Part shown: positions 38,683-51,199 of the stretch, piece by piece
Numbering within the stretch: position 1 is the stretch's first letter
Layout: each line of letters opens with the position of its first letter
NCBI RefSeq assembly: GCF_963921235.1
Contig: NC_086097.1
Location: 118,670,001-118,734,000, forward strand
Length of the DNA: 64,000 nt
Source: Mobula hypostoma
Lineage: Eukaryota
Reading direction: 5' to 3'
Position numbers and translations under genes: made by a program
The notes under the pieces: model-generated
Told to the model about the DNA's origin: nothing
Databases searched by the model: none
Seen by the model: only the letters and a program-made list of their open reading frames with translations

Positions 38683-38978
38683 CATGAAAGGGTTATCATA
38701 CGGGGAACATTTGATGGTTCTGGGTCTGTGCTCGCTGGAATTCAGAAGGATAACGGGGGGATCTCATTGAAACCTTCCGAATGTTGAAAGGCCAAGAGAA
38801 AAGGTTGTTTCCCATGGTGCAGAGTCTAGGACAAGAGGGCACTGCCTCAGAATAGAAGAGAGCCCTTTCAAAAGGGGAGTGCAAAGAAATATCTTTAGCA
38901 AAAGGGTGATGAGTTTGTGGAATTTGTGGTGGTGCAGACTCAATGGGCCAGATGGCCTAATTCTGCTCCTATGTCTTA
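38683..38978 (+). mobile_element. CR1 3' fragment inserted in Gypsy integrase
   Basis: ggggatctcattgaaacc...ggcctaattctgctcctatgtctt CR1 tail. Confidence 0.8.
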
Positions 38979-40869
38979 TTCCCAGTGATGGAGAGGTGCT
39001 GCTCTTGGCATCTTTTGGACATGTTGGCATCTCATACAGTGCATGGCAAGTTGCTTGATCTGCTGATCTATCCCAGGCCACCAGACAAAGCTCTGAGCCA
39101 ACATTTTCAATAGGCAAACAAGACAATACAATAATATTTCCATGATTAGTCACCCTCCTGAATTCAATCTTGTAATTGAGTCATCCAAGAAACAGAGCCC
39201 ATCTCTGCGTTGATGCTGCTGCTGTTAGTGAAACACGCTTCTGTCGATTGAAAATGAACACTAGTGGTTGATGATCAATTATGTGGTGATAATCAGGCTA
39301 ACCTCACTTATTACTGGTCTATATTGGTTAAAACATTTTACACCCCAAACCAGACTCAAGGCCTCTCTGTGGATCTGTGTGTTATTTTTCTCTGCAGTGG
39401 TGAGGAAAGTTGATGCAAAGGCTATATAAGGTATTCACTTCCATCACTCATAACATGTGACATGACTTCACCTATACCATAAGGCAAGCTTCACTTGTCA
39501 CTGTGGATCATAATATGAGAGTGTAGCGTCTGACTTACTTTCCCATTTTCAAAGCCACCTCACACTGCTTTGTCCTTTGCCATTTCTTCCTGATCTATAG
39601 TAATGAGTTCAAGGGGTGGAGCACAGTAGCCAGGTTTGGCAGGAACCTTAATTAGTAATTGACAAATCCTAAAAAGAACTGCAGCTATGACACGTTCTTT
39701 GGTCTTGGGGCATCCACCACTGCTTGAATTTTATTAGCACACTTGTGTAATCCTTGTGTGTCAATAGAGTGTACACAGTAAGTGATGCATGGTTTAAAGG
39801 ATTCGCACTTGCCACATCATGCTTTGAGCCCATAATCTTCTAATCTTTTTAACATTGGCTTGAGGGTTCCTTGCCATCATCACTGGTAACAATGATGTCA
39901 TCCAGGTAACACTGAGTGCCTGGGCAGTCTTGAAGCACCTGGTCCATCGATTTCTGCCAGAGTGCAGGTGCAGATGCTACTCCAAAAATAAGCCTATTAC
40001 AGTGATAAAGATCTTTGTGAAAGTTTCTGGTGAGAAACAATTTTGACTTTTCATCCATCTCCATCTGCAAGTAGGCCTCAGTCCACTTTGCTGAAGTGTT
40101 CTCCTCCAGAAAGGTTTACAAAGAAGCCCTCAATCCTGGGCAAAGTGTATTGATCCACTTTCAGTACTGGGATTGTGGTGACCTTATATTCACCACAAAT
40201 TCTGACAGATCCATTCTTCTGGGACCATGTTGCTCATGAACTGTATCTTGGAAATAATTCCTTCAGTTTCCATGCGATCCAGCTCATTGCTAATTTATCA
40301 TGGATGATATAAGGAACCAGCTGAGCTTTGCAAAACTTGGGTGCGGAATTTTCACTAGACAATATTTTACACTTGATGTGTTTGAGTTTTCCAATGTCAT
40401 TGCTGTGGCACCATCCAATACCTTTCTTAATTCACTTCCAAATGTCTTCATTGCAGGGATGTGGCATGCAAATGATGGATGGACCTCCAAACAAGTTGTC
40501 ATTGTCACATCCCCACAATGCCAGTCCTTCTGTTTTTACCACATACAAGCTCAATGTAAATTGTTGGTTATGGTATTTCACAGTTGCAAATGTCATTTCC
40601 TCAGGTGTTATCTTTTCTCCAGTATAAGTTCTTAGATTGTTACCTGCAGGTTTCAGTTCTGTATGTTTGAAATGCCATTCAAACTTATTTTGTGGAATGA
40701 TTGAAACAGCTGAACCAGTGTCTAATTGCATTTTAATTAATTTGCCATTAACTCCAAATGTAAGCAATATTGCTTGTCTATTGTTAATTTTCATGTTGCA
40801 AATAATAAAGCTACACAGTTCTGCATCACTTTCATCATTATCAGATTTTCCATCAACAGTGTGCAGATT

Positions 40870-42815
40870 CACAAACCTGCTTGTCCTGGTAGACCTATTG
40901 TCTCAGCTTGCTCCTGCCCCACCAAACTCAGTTCTGCGTACCTCGACATGGTTTTATCACCCCTTGTTCAATCCCTTCCTGCCTATGTTCGTGACACTTC
41001 TCACACTCTGAAACTTTTCAATGATTTTAAGTTTCCTGGCCCTCACCAATTTATTTTCACCATGGATGTCCAGTCCCTATATACTTCGATCCCCCATCAG
41101 GAAGGTCTCAAAGCTCTCTGCTTCTTTTTGGATTCCAGACCTAATCAGTTCCCCTCTACCACCACTCTGCTCCGTCTAGAGGAATTGGTCCTTACTCTTA
41201 ACAATTTCTACTTTGGCTCCTCCCACTTCCTCCAAACTAAAGGTGTAGCCATGGGCACCCGTATGGGTCCTAGCTATGCCAGCCTTTTTGTTGGCTTTAT
41301 GGAACAATCTATGTTCCAAACCTATTCTGGTATCTGTCCCCCACTTTTCATTTGCTACATCGACGACTGCATTGGTGCTGCTTCCTGCACGCATGCTGAG
41401 CTCGTTGACTTTATTAACTTTGCCTCCAACTTTCACCCTGCCCTCAAGTTTACCTGGTCCATTTCTGACACCTCCCTCCCCTTTCTAGATCTTTCTGTCT
41501 CTATCTCTGGAGGCAGCTTATCTCCTGATGTCTACTATAAGCCTACTGACTCTCACAGCTATCTGGACTATTCCTCTTCTCACCCTGTCTCTTGCAAAAA
41601 TGCCATCTCCTTCTCGCAATTCCTCCGTCTCCGCCGCATCTGCTCTCAGGATAAGGCTTTTCATTCCAGGACGAGGGAGATGTCCTCCTTTTTTAAAGAA
41701 AGGGGCTTCCCTTCCTCCACCATCAACTCTGCTGTCAAACGCATCTCCCCCATTTCACACACATCTGCTCTCACTCCATCCTCCCGCCACCCCACTAGGA
41801 ATAGGGTTCCCCTTGTCCTCACCTACCACCCCACCAGCCTCCGGGTCCAACATATAATTCTCCATAACTTCCACCACCTCCAACGGGATCCCACCACTAA
41901 GCACATCCTTCCCTCCCCACCTCTCTCTACTTTCCACAGGGATCGCTCCCGACGCGACTCCCATGTCTATTCGTCCCTCCCATCGATCTCCCTCCTGGCA
42001 CTTATCCTTGTAAGCGGAATATGTGCTACATATGCCCTTACACTTCCTCCCTCACCACCATTCAGAGCCCCAGACTGTCCTCCCAGGTGAGGCGACACTT
42101 CACCTGTGAGTCGGCTGGGGTGATATACTGCGTCCGGTGCTCCCGATGTGGCCTTCTATATATTAGCGAGACCCGACGCAAACTGGGAGATCGTTTTGCT
42201 GAACACCTACGCTCTGTCCACCAGAGAAAGCAGGATCTCCCAGTGGCCACACATTTTAATTCCACGTCCCATTCCCATTCTGATATGTCTATCTACAGCC
42301 TCCTCTTCTGTAAAGATAAAGCCACACTCAGGTTGGAGGATCAACACCTTACACCTTATTGGAACAGCCTCCAATCTGATGGCATGAACATTGACTTCTC
42401 TAACTTCCGCTAATGCCCCAACTCCCCCTCATACCTCGTACCCCATCCATTATCTATTTATATACACACATTCTTTTTCTCTCTCTCCTTTTTCTCCCTC
42501 TGTATCTCTCACTATACTCCTTGCCCATCCTCTGGGTTTTCTCCCTCCTCCTCCTTTTCTTTCTTCCTGGGCCTCCTGTCCCATGGTCCTCTCTTATCCC
42601 TTTTGCCAATCAGCTGTCCAGCTCTTGGCTCCATCTCTCCCCCTCCTGTCTTCTCCTATCATTTCGGATCTCCTCCTCCCCCTCCCACTTTCAAATCTCT
42701 GACTAGCTCGTCTTTCAGTTCGTCCTGACGAAGCGTCTCGGACCGAAACGTCAACTGTACCTTTTCCTAGAAATGCTGCCTGGCCTGCTGCGTTCACCAG
42801 TAACTTTTATGTGTG
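40870..42815 (+). mobile_element. Penelope-like element (RT plus GIY-YIG), 5'-truncated
   Basis: IHKPACPGRPIVS..MDVQSLYTSIP..GVAMGTRMGPSYA..YIDD..PFLDL; VIYCVRCSRCGLLYISET; 9-bp TSD gtgcagatt (40861-40869, 42816-42824). Confidence 0.95.
42721..42756 (+). ncRNA. Degenerate hammerhead motif
   Basis: CTGACGA...GAAACGTC core intact but stem II mismatched (gcgt/gacc). Confidence 0.5.
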
Positions 42816-43314
42816 GTGCAGATTAGTGCTCCTTTTAAACTTCTATTTGACATTTTAGCTTTTTCTCTTCCCTGTGCAGACCATTTATTTTTATCCTCCT
42901 GGGATGCTTTTGTATGTGTCCTACTTCATTGCATTTTCTGCAAGTTTCATCTGGAAAGCTGCATATATCTGCAATATGTGAGCCCCTACCCCAAAAGTAA
43001 CACAATGTGTTTGGCTGGTCAGGTTTCTGTTTTGACATTACAATTTTGTTCACACTCACTTTCATTCCCGCTTGCAACTCAATGGTGTCTGTGGTTTCCA
43101 CTGAAACAACAGTTTCAACTGTTCTTTCAAATGTAATTTGTACTTCGGTTTGGAGCCATTTTTGAAAGCTTTGTTACAAGATTCCATACACTAAGTGATC
43201 TCTCAGTGCATCATTAATTCCATTACTGAACTGACAATACTCAGACAATAGCTTCAGTTCAGCCACGTATGCTGGAATGGACTCCCCTTTCTTTTGATTC
43301 TGCTATAAAACCTA

Positions 43315-46300
43315 AATCAAATTGGCACGGACAGACAAGAACAGTAGGGCTCACACAGCTAACGGTTTAAAAAGTTTGTCTGTTTGGCAAGGTAAGAGGG
43401 TGAGTAGACTTATTTTTCCTGTTTCATTCGTGTAGAATTAGATAGCATGCCTGCAGGGTTAGTGCTTTGTTCAGGGTGTCAGACGTGGGAATTCTGGGAG
43501 ACCTCCAGCCTCCCTGATGGCCACATCTGCACCAGGTGCACCGAGATGCAGCTCCTCAGAGACCGTGTTAGGGATCTGGAGCTGCAGCTTGATGACCTAC
43601 TGCTTATCAGAGAAAGTGAAGAGGTGATAGACAGGAGCTACAGGGAGGTAGTTATCCCTAGGCTACAGGGGTCAGAAAACTGGGTGACTGTCAGGAGAGG
43701 GAAGGAAAATGCCCGGATAGTGGAGAGCACACCTGTGGCTGTCCCCCTCAGAAACAAATATCTCGTTTCAGATGCTGTTGAGGGGGGTGCCCTGACAGGG
43801 GACGCCCACGGTGACAGGATCTCTGGCACTGAGCCTAGCGCTGTTGTGCAGGAGGGAAGGAGGAAGAAGAGGAATGCGGTAGTCTTAGGGGATTCCATAG
43901 TCAAGGGAACGGACAGGAGATTCTGTGACCCTGGTAGAGATACCCACATGATGTGTTGCCTCCCAGGTGCCAAGGTACGGGATGCCTCGGATCGGGTCCA
44001 GAATATTCTGAAGGGAGAGGGCGAGCAGCCAGTTGTCTTGGTACATGTTGGTACCAATGACATAGATAGGATAAGGGAGGAAGTCCTGAAGAGAGATTTC
44101 CAGGAGTTAGGAAGGAAGCTGAGAAGCAGGACCTCCAGGGTAGTAATCTTGGGATTGCTACCTGTGCCACGTGCTAGCGAGGGCAAGAATAGTAGGATCA
44201 GGCAGATGAATGTGTGGCTGAGAGACTGGTGCAGGGGCAGGGCTTCAGATTCTTGGATCATTGGGATCTCTTCTAGGGGAAGTATGACCTGTTCAAAATG
44301 GACAGGTTACACCTGAACCCGAAGGGAACCAATATCCTGGCGGGAAGGTTTAATAGAGCTGTTAGGGAGGGTTTAAACTAATTTGGCAGGGGGAGGGGAA
44401 CAGGAATGATAGAGCGGAGGAAGGGAAAGACAGAAATAAATCTAAGATAGTGAGCAGTAAAGATGTCAGGAAAGACAGGCAGGTGATGGGGAAAATTTGC
44501 AGCCATTGGGATGAGTTGCAGTGCAATGAAGTTGCAGTGAAATCAAAGTGAACAGTACCTAATACTGGTCTTAAGGTGTTATACTTAAATGCACGCAGCG
44601 TAAGGAATAAGGTGGATGATCTTGTCGTACAGTTACAGATTGGCAGGTATGATATTGTGGCCATCGCTGAGACGTGGCTAAAGGATGCATGTCTCTGGGA
44701 GCTGAACGTCCAAGGGTACACGGTGTATCAGAAGGATAGGAAGGTAGGCAGAGGGGGAGGCGTGGCTTTATTGGTAAGAAACTATATTAAATCATTAGAA
44801 AGAGGTGATATAGAATCAGAAGGTGTAGAATCTTTTGGGTTGAGCTAAGAAATCGCAGGGCGAAAAGGACCCTGATGGCAGTTATTTATAGGCCTCCAAA
44901 CAGCTGCAGTGATGTGGACTACAAATTACAACTGGAAATAGAAGAGGCTTGTCAGAAGGGCAGTGTTATGATAATTGTGGGGGATTTTAACATACGAGTG
45001 GATTGGGAAAATCAGGTCGGCACTGGATCTCAAGAGAGAGAATTTGTAGAATGTCTGCCAGATGGCTTTTTAGAACAGCTTGTTGTTGAGCCCACTAGGG
45101 GATCGGCTGTACTGGATTGGGTATTGTGTAATGAAACGGAGGTGATTAGAGAGATTGAGGTGAAGAAACCCTTAGGAGGCAGTGATCATAACATGATTGA
45201 GTTCACTGTGACATTTGAAAAAGAGAAGCCGAAATCTGATGTGTCGGTATTTCAGTGGAGTAAAGGAAATTACAGTGGCATGAGAGAGGAACTGGCCAAA
45301 ATTGACTAGAAAGGGAGACTGGCGGGAAGGACGGCAGAACAGCAGTGGCTGGAGTTTATGCGAGAAGTGAGGAAGGTGCAAGACAGGTATATTCCAAAGA
45401 AGAAGAAATTTTTGAATGGAAAAAGGATGCAACCGTGGCTGACAAGAGAAGTCAAAGCCAAAGTTAAAGCAAAGGAGAGGGCATACAAGGAAGCAAAAAT
45501 TAGTGGGAAGACAGAGGTTTGGGAAGTTTTTAAAAGTTTAATAAAAGAATCTAAGAACATCATTAAGAGGGAAAAGATTAACTATGAAAGGAATCTGTTA
45601 GTCTTGCGAGACCATGGATCTGCACCTGGAAAGTCTTCGCTCTCCAGGGTGCAGACCTGGGCAAGGTTGTATGGAAGACCAGCAGTTGCCCATGCTGCAA
45701 GTCTCTCCTCTCCACAACACCAATGTTGTCCAAGAGAAGGGCATTAGGACCCATACAGTTTGGCACCAGTGTCGTCGCAGAGCAATGTGTGATTAAGTGC
45801 CTAGCTCATGGACACAACACGTTGCCTCGGCTGGGGCTTGAACTCATGACCTTCAGGTCAATAGTCCAAAGCCTTAACCACTTGGCCCGTACCCACAACT
45901 ATGAAAGGAAGCTAGCAAATAATATCAAAGAAGATACTAAAAGCTTTTTCAAGTATACAAAGAGTAAAATACAGGTGAGAGTAGATATAGGACTGATACA
46001 AAATGATGCTGGAGAAATTGTAATGGGAGATAAGGAGATGGTGAAGGAACTGAATGAGAATTTTGCATCAGTCTTCGCTGAGGAAGACATCAGCAGTATA
46101 CCGGACACTCAAGGGTGGCAGGGAAGAGGAGTGTGCACAGTCACAATTACGATAGAGGAAGTACTCCGGAAGCTGAATAGTCCAAAGGTAGATAAATCTC
46201 CCAGACCAGATGGAATGCACCCTCGTGTTCTGAAGGAAGTAGCTTTGGAGATTGCGGAGGCATTAGCGATGATCTTTCAAAAGACGATAGATTCTAGCAT

Positions 46301-47680
46301 GGTTCCGGAGGACTGGAAGATTGCAAATGTCACTCTGCTATTTAAAAAAGGGGCAAGGAAGCAAAAAGGAAATTATAGACCTGTTAGCTTGACATCGGTG
46401 GTTGGGAAGTTGTTGGAGTCAATTGTCAAGGATGAGGTTACAGAGTACCTGGAGGCATATGACAAGATAGGCAGAACTCAGCATGGATTCCTTAAAGGAA
46501 AATCCTGCCTGACAAACCTATTACAATTTTTTGAGGAAATTACAAGTAAGCTAGACAAGGGAGATGCAGTGGATGTTGTATATTTGGAGTTTCAGAAGGC
46601 CTTTGACAAGGTGCCACACATGAGGCTACTTAACAAGCTAAGAGCCCATGGAATTATGGGAAAGTTACATACGTGGATAGAGCGTTGGCTGATTGGCAGG
46701 AAACAGAGAATGGGGATAAAGGGATCCTATTCTGGTTGGCTGCCGGTTACCAGTGGTGTTCCACAAGGGTCTGTGTTGGGGCTGCTTCTTTTTACATTGT
46801 ACATCAATGATTAGGTTTATGGAATAGATGGCTTCGTGGCTAAGTTTGCTGATGATACAAAGATAGGTGGAGGGGCTGGTAGTGCTGAGGAAACAGAGCC
46901 TGCAGAGAGCCTTGGGTAGATTGGAAGAATGGGCAAAGAAATGGCAAATGAAATACAATGTTGGAAAGTGTATGGTTATGCACTTTGGCAGAAGAAATAA
47001 ACAGGCAGACTATTATTTAAGTGGGGAAAGAATTCAAAGTTCTGATATGCAACGGGACTTGGGAGTCCTCGTACAGGATACTCTTAAGGTTAACCTCCGG
47101 GTTGAGTCGGTGGTGAAGAAGGCGAATGCAATGTTGGTATTCATTTCTAGAGGAATAGAGTATAGGAGCAGGAATGTGATGTTGAGGCTCTATAAGGTGC
47201 TGGTGAGACCTCACTTGGAGTACTGTGGGTAGTTTTGGTCTCCTTATTTAAGAAAGGATGTGCTGACGTTGGAGAGGGTACAGAGAAGATGGGGGGATCT
47301 CATAGAAACATTTCGAATGTTGAAAGGCATGGACAGAGTGGATGTGGCAAAGTTGTTTCCCATGATGGGGGAGTCTAGTACGAGAGGGCATGACTTAAGG
47401 ATTGAAGGGTGCCCATTCAGAACAGAGATGCGAAGAAATTTTTTTAGTCAGAGGGTGGTGAATCTATGGAATTTGTTGCCACGGGTGGCAGTGGAGGCCA
47501 AGTCATTGGGTGTATTTAAGGCAAAGATTGATAGGTATCTGAGTAGCCAGGGCATCAAAGGTTATGGTGAGAAGGCAGAGGAGTGGGACTAAATGGGAGA
47601 ATGGATCAGCTCATATAAAATGGCGGAGCAGACTCGATGGGCCAAATGGCCGACTTCTGCTCCTTTGTTTTATGGTCTAA
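43315..47680 (+). mobile_element. Full-length decayed CR1 LINE inserted in Gypsy gag
   Basis: ORF1 43447-44316 with CxxC..CxxC finger, leucine-rich heptads and GDSIV esterase; APE; RT; CR1 tail. Confidence 0.95.
45594..45896 (-). mobile_element. tRNA-derived SINE inserted in CR1 ORF2
   Basis: 14-bp TSD aactatgaaaggaa (45580-45593, 45897-45910); A/B boxes ggccaagtggttaagg / gagttcaagccc. Confidence 0.93.
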
Positions 47681-47891
47681 AGCATTCTGCAATCAAAAAT
47701 GGTTTTTGTTCCAATGTTTTTGCATTTCTTTGACAATATCAGTGAAGCTCTTTTCTGTTATTTAGCTTGGAGCAGTCAAGTTCAGAGCAAATTGTATGCC
47801 TTTAAATTCAATGCAGTAGGAAAAATTGGCACTCAATTCTCATTGCCTATTTCATTTGCTTCAAAATATTGTTCAGTATTAAGTTGTTATA

Positions 47892-48425
47892 GCTGGAGGT
47901 GGTAATGGGGATAAGCTCCCACTATCTATTAAATTTTCCCAATGGCATGCACCTCAAATAACCTCTGACAACCAAGTCCAGGTCGGGCCTTCACATTTTG
48001 CTTAGCTACTAAAACCTGGCAGAACCACTTCTACTGACAGGAGAAGGGGCAAATGTGGGTTACTGGTGTCTTAAAACCAGTCGCTTCAGGCAGATGGAGC
48101 TCATTAGCCATGATTAGCAGCTTATCTAGGAGAAGGAAATCTCTGATCTCAAGCCTCCACTGCCTTGCGGCTATACCCTGTCATGGGGAAGGCTTCAGGA
48201 GTAAACCCTAAGAGAAAACCTGGATCTGGAGTCGCTAAGGCAGTCCTATATTGAGTTCAATGTTGACTGGCAACTCCTGTGGCACTGCTGCTACCAAAAT
48301 GCTGTTCCTTCAGATTCATCAGTTGTGGGAAGAGGTGGAGCTTGCTATATGGACAACAGCTTGCTCTCCATATCATACTGCCCAGGCATGTATATCTAGA
48401 CAGCTGGGATACAATATCGCAGGTG
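47892..48425. repeat. Unclassified interspersed repeat inserted in Gypsy gag
   Basis: Interrupts the gag reading; its distal part resembles the 3' half of the tRNA-SINE. Confidence 0.5.
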
Positions 48426-51199
48426 TCCAGATACATATAAGGTCCAGTTATCTGTTGTGTAATCAAATGTATCTGTTTGTCCAATGTAGCCAGCCATTTC
48501 TGATTTTTTCACCTGTTAATCACTGCTTATGAACACTGAATTCTTTCATTTACTGTCTTTTTAAAAAAAAATACTCAGCTATCTTTCTGAAGAGCACATG
48601 CCAAACTGCTTTTTTTTCCTTGCTGTTGCTCTCTCTGAACTTCTTTTTAGTTCAAAACGTCTCGCTGCATTTCGACATGTCAATAGCCATCTCAGGTTTG
48701 TTTTAAAAATATCTCATGACCAATGTTAAGCTTTGTAGCTTCAAAGCACTAGACTAATTCAAAGGAAAATGCAGAAGTCCAAACTGTGCATTAAAGTTCA
48801 TTATTATTTTAAGTGAGGTGTACACGTATTACGTGGTAGTGTGATGACGTATGCAATTCACGTATTTACAGTATACATATAACTTATAATGAATTATTTA
48901 AATGAACACAGAAACTTAAATATATATATATATATGTATGATTACTCAAATTTTACTTAATTATGAAATAGACAACAGGGAAGAATTGACTTTGACCATG
49001 GAATGATAGTTGGTGCCAGATGGGGTGGTTTGAGTATCTCAGAAACTGCCAATCTCCTGGAATTTTCACACACAACAGTTTGTGGAGTTTGTAGAGAATG
49101 GTGCAAAAAACAACAAAAAATCCAGTGAGTGGCAGTCTTGTGGGTGAAAACTTGTCAATGAGAGAGATCAGAGGAGAATGGACAGACTGGTTCAAACTGA
49201 CAAGAAGGTGAAAGTAACTTAAGTAACCATGTATTACAACAGTTGTGTGCATAAGAGCATTTCTAAATGCATAACACATCAATCTTTGAAGTGGTTGGGA
49301 GACAGCAGCAGAAGAACAAAAGTGGCTGCTTTATTAGGTGCAATTGTTGTTTCTCTCAGTGCCTTGAGGTGCATCAGGTGGCAACATTGCCATACCTTTA
49401 GCATTTTTGGCTGTTCTTTTTGAGGTCAAGCTGTTAGCTTGATGCTCAACCTAGCCTGGATGGAAAGTGTGCAAGGAGCTGGCCTGATTCAAACCCGGGA
49501 CTACTCACCTGGAAGTTCAGTGAAGATGCCATTACCCCTCCAGCTGATTGTATCAGGTACAGGAAGTACCTAATAAATTGACCACTGTGGGTATATTAAC
49601 CAGGCAATCAGCATATGGTATTACTCATTTTGTGAATGAATGTCACACTTGGAACATAGTCATCACACTGAACAGTCATTAAGTAAATTAAAATAAAAGG
49701 TTTGCATCTCTGTAGATTCCTTCAGCATAGAACAAAATCATTTCTCCTATGTTCTCTTTTAAGAGTTAATGGAACACATTTTGAAATATGGAGTAATTAT
49801 TTGCTTGTGTAATGGTAGTACAAAGTTTCATTATTGACTACCATTTGGCAATAACAATTGGGAGATTTAAAAAGGAAGGTAAAAAGATTAAGGAGAAGCA
49901 AAATACAAATCAGTTGGCCTGACAAATGATTGATACCCACAATTTAGTTGTGTATTAACGTGCATGTCAAATTGATTATTTTTTCTTGTTAATACAAAGT
50001 ATAATAAATAAAGTAGATGTGCATCTAGCGATAGTTCATTACATCTGTTAGGAGACGGCTTAGTCTACAGAAACCATTACCATTTCTTTCAAACAGCATG
50101 CCCCTCTTTTGTGTATGCTAAAGACTTGGATAAATGACAAGGCATATTTGTACTGCAAACAGAAGTTATTTAAGCATGTGAGTAGACAGGGTTTTCACTG
50201 GCTTTTTGTAATAGAACACAGTGGCAGCAATTGACAGGCTAACTATGCAGATTGTGGGCTGTACTTCTCATCTGCACATGTTTAGATGCTGTCTTCAGCT
50301 GAAGGGGACAAACATCTGATTCTACATGTGACTAAATATCCAAAACCATAAATGTTTGCTGATTCAGCTGCAAGATAATCTACTGTCACACAATATCCTT
50401 CATAATTTAAAAAAGTTTGCATGGAAAACTCACTGTGTTATTATTTATTGTAATGTCACAGATTAAATAGGAGGAGCAGACTCAATGGATCGAATGGCCA
50501 ACTTCTTATGGACTAATGGCAATAAGAGGAAGAGTTATCAGAATGCTTCTGCCCAGCTTTTGGCTCTGGTCATATCCTGTGATCTACAGCTAATGGCATG
50601 TGTCGTATGCTCTTGACCTGCTTCTCCTGAAGCATCTACTCACTCTTTCTCAATGTCCTAAACACAAGAGATTCTGCAGATGCTGGAAATTCAGAGTAAC
50701 TCAGGAAGTCTGGCAGCAAATATGGAGCGAAATAATAAGTCAACGTGTTGGGCTGAGACTCTTCATTAATGTTATCCTGTTATGCAATTCCACTTCAACA
50801 TTTATTGATTGGACACTTTAACAAAAAAGGTATATTTCTTCCTTTTCAGTCACTGAGTTTTTGTTTGTAAGTAGTTTCTTAAAAATGATTTGATGAAAAA
50901 CAAAAACTGCTGATCTCCTAGAAATTTCACACACAACAGTCTTTAGAGCAGCCTTTCTCAATCTTTTTGCCCTGGAGGAACCATTGAAATCATTTTCAGG
51001 TCTCAAGAAACCACTGCCTAAAAATTATTATGTCTAGAGCTCACGCTACATTAGCATGATCAGTTAGTTGTAGATATCATAATCCAAAAATAATTGACAA
51101 TACTCTTTTGGGTAGAGAATGAATTTTTAGCTTACCTTTCTTGAAAAAAACATAGATTAATCTCTTCCTTTCTCTTTCACAAATTTTAAAAACTCATAA

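Larger units (their letters stand above)
37180..48977 (-). mobile_element. Decayed full Gypsy provirus with nested insertions
   Basis: LTRs 48724-48977 and 37180-~37453; TSD gtgaa/gggaa; gag MAGYIG..NWTLY (~48500), EQYFEAN (~47870), Zn knuckle CRKCNEVGHI; protease LDTGSAVSII; RT YLDDIIV; integrase PWQRIHVDLAGP..LVSDNGPQ. Confidence 0.88.
37028..49592 (+). mobile_element. Tc1-like non-autonomous element split into 37028-37179 and 48978-49592 by a Gypsy provirus
   Basis: The two halves together are the reverse complement of the 25810-26335 family; TIR ends gtggccaccttattag / taataaattgaccactg. Confidence 0.75.

Noticed and set aside
40774..42090. 438-aa ORF as an intact gene
   Set aside because: First ~32 codons are antisense Gypsy sequence upstream of the PLE insertion point; the rest is 5'-truncated, frameshifted Penelope RT
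45723..46814. 363-aa ORF with a novel N-terminus
   Set aside because: N-terminus is read through an antisense SINE into CR1 ORF2; ends at a premature stop
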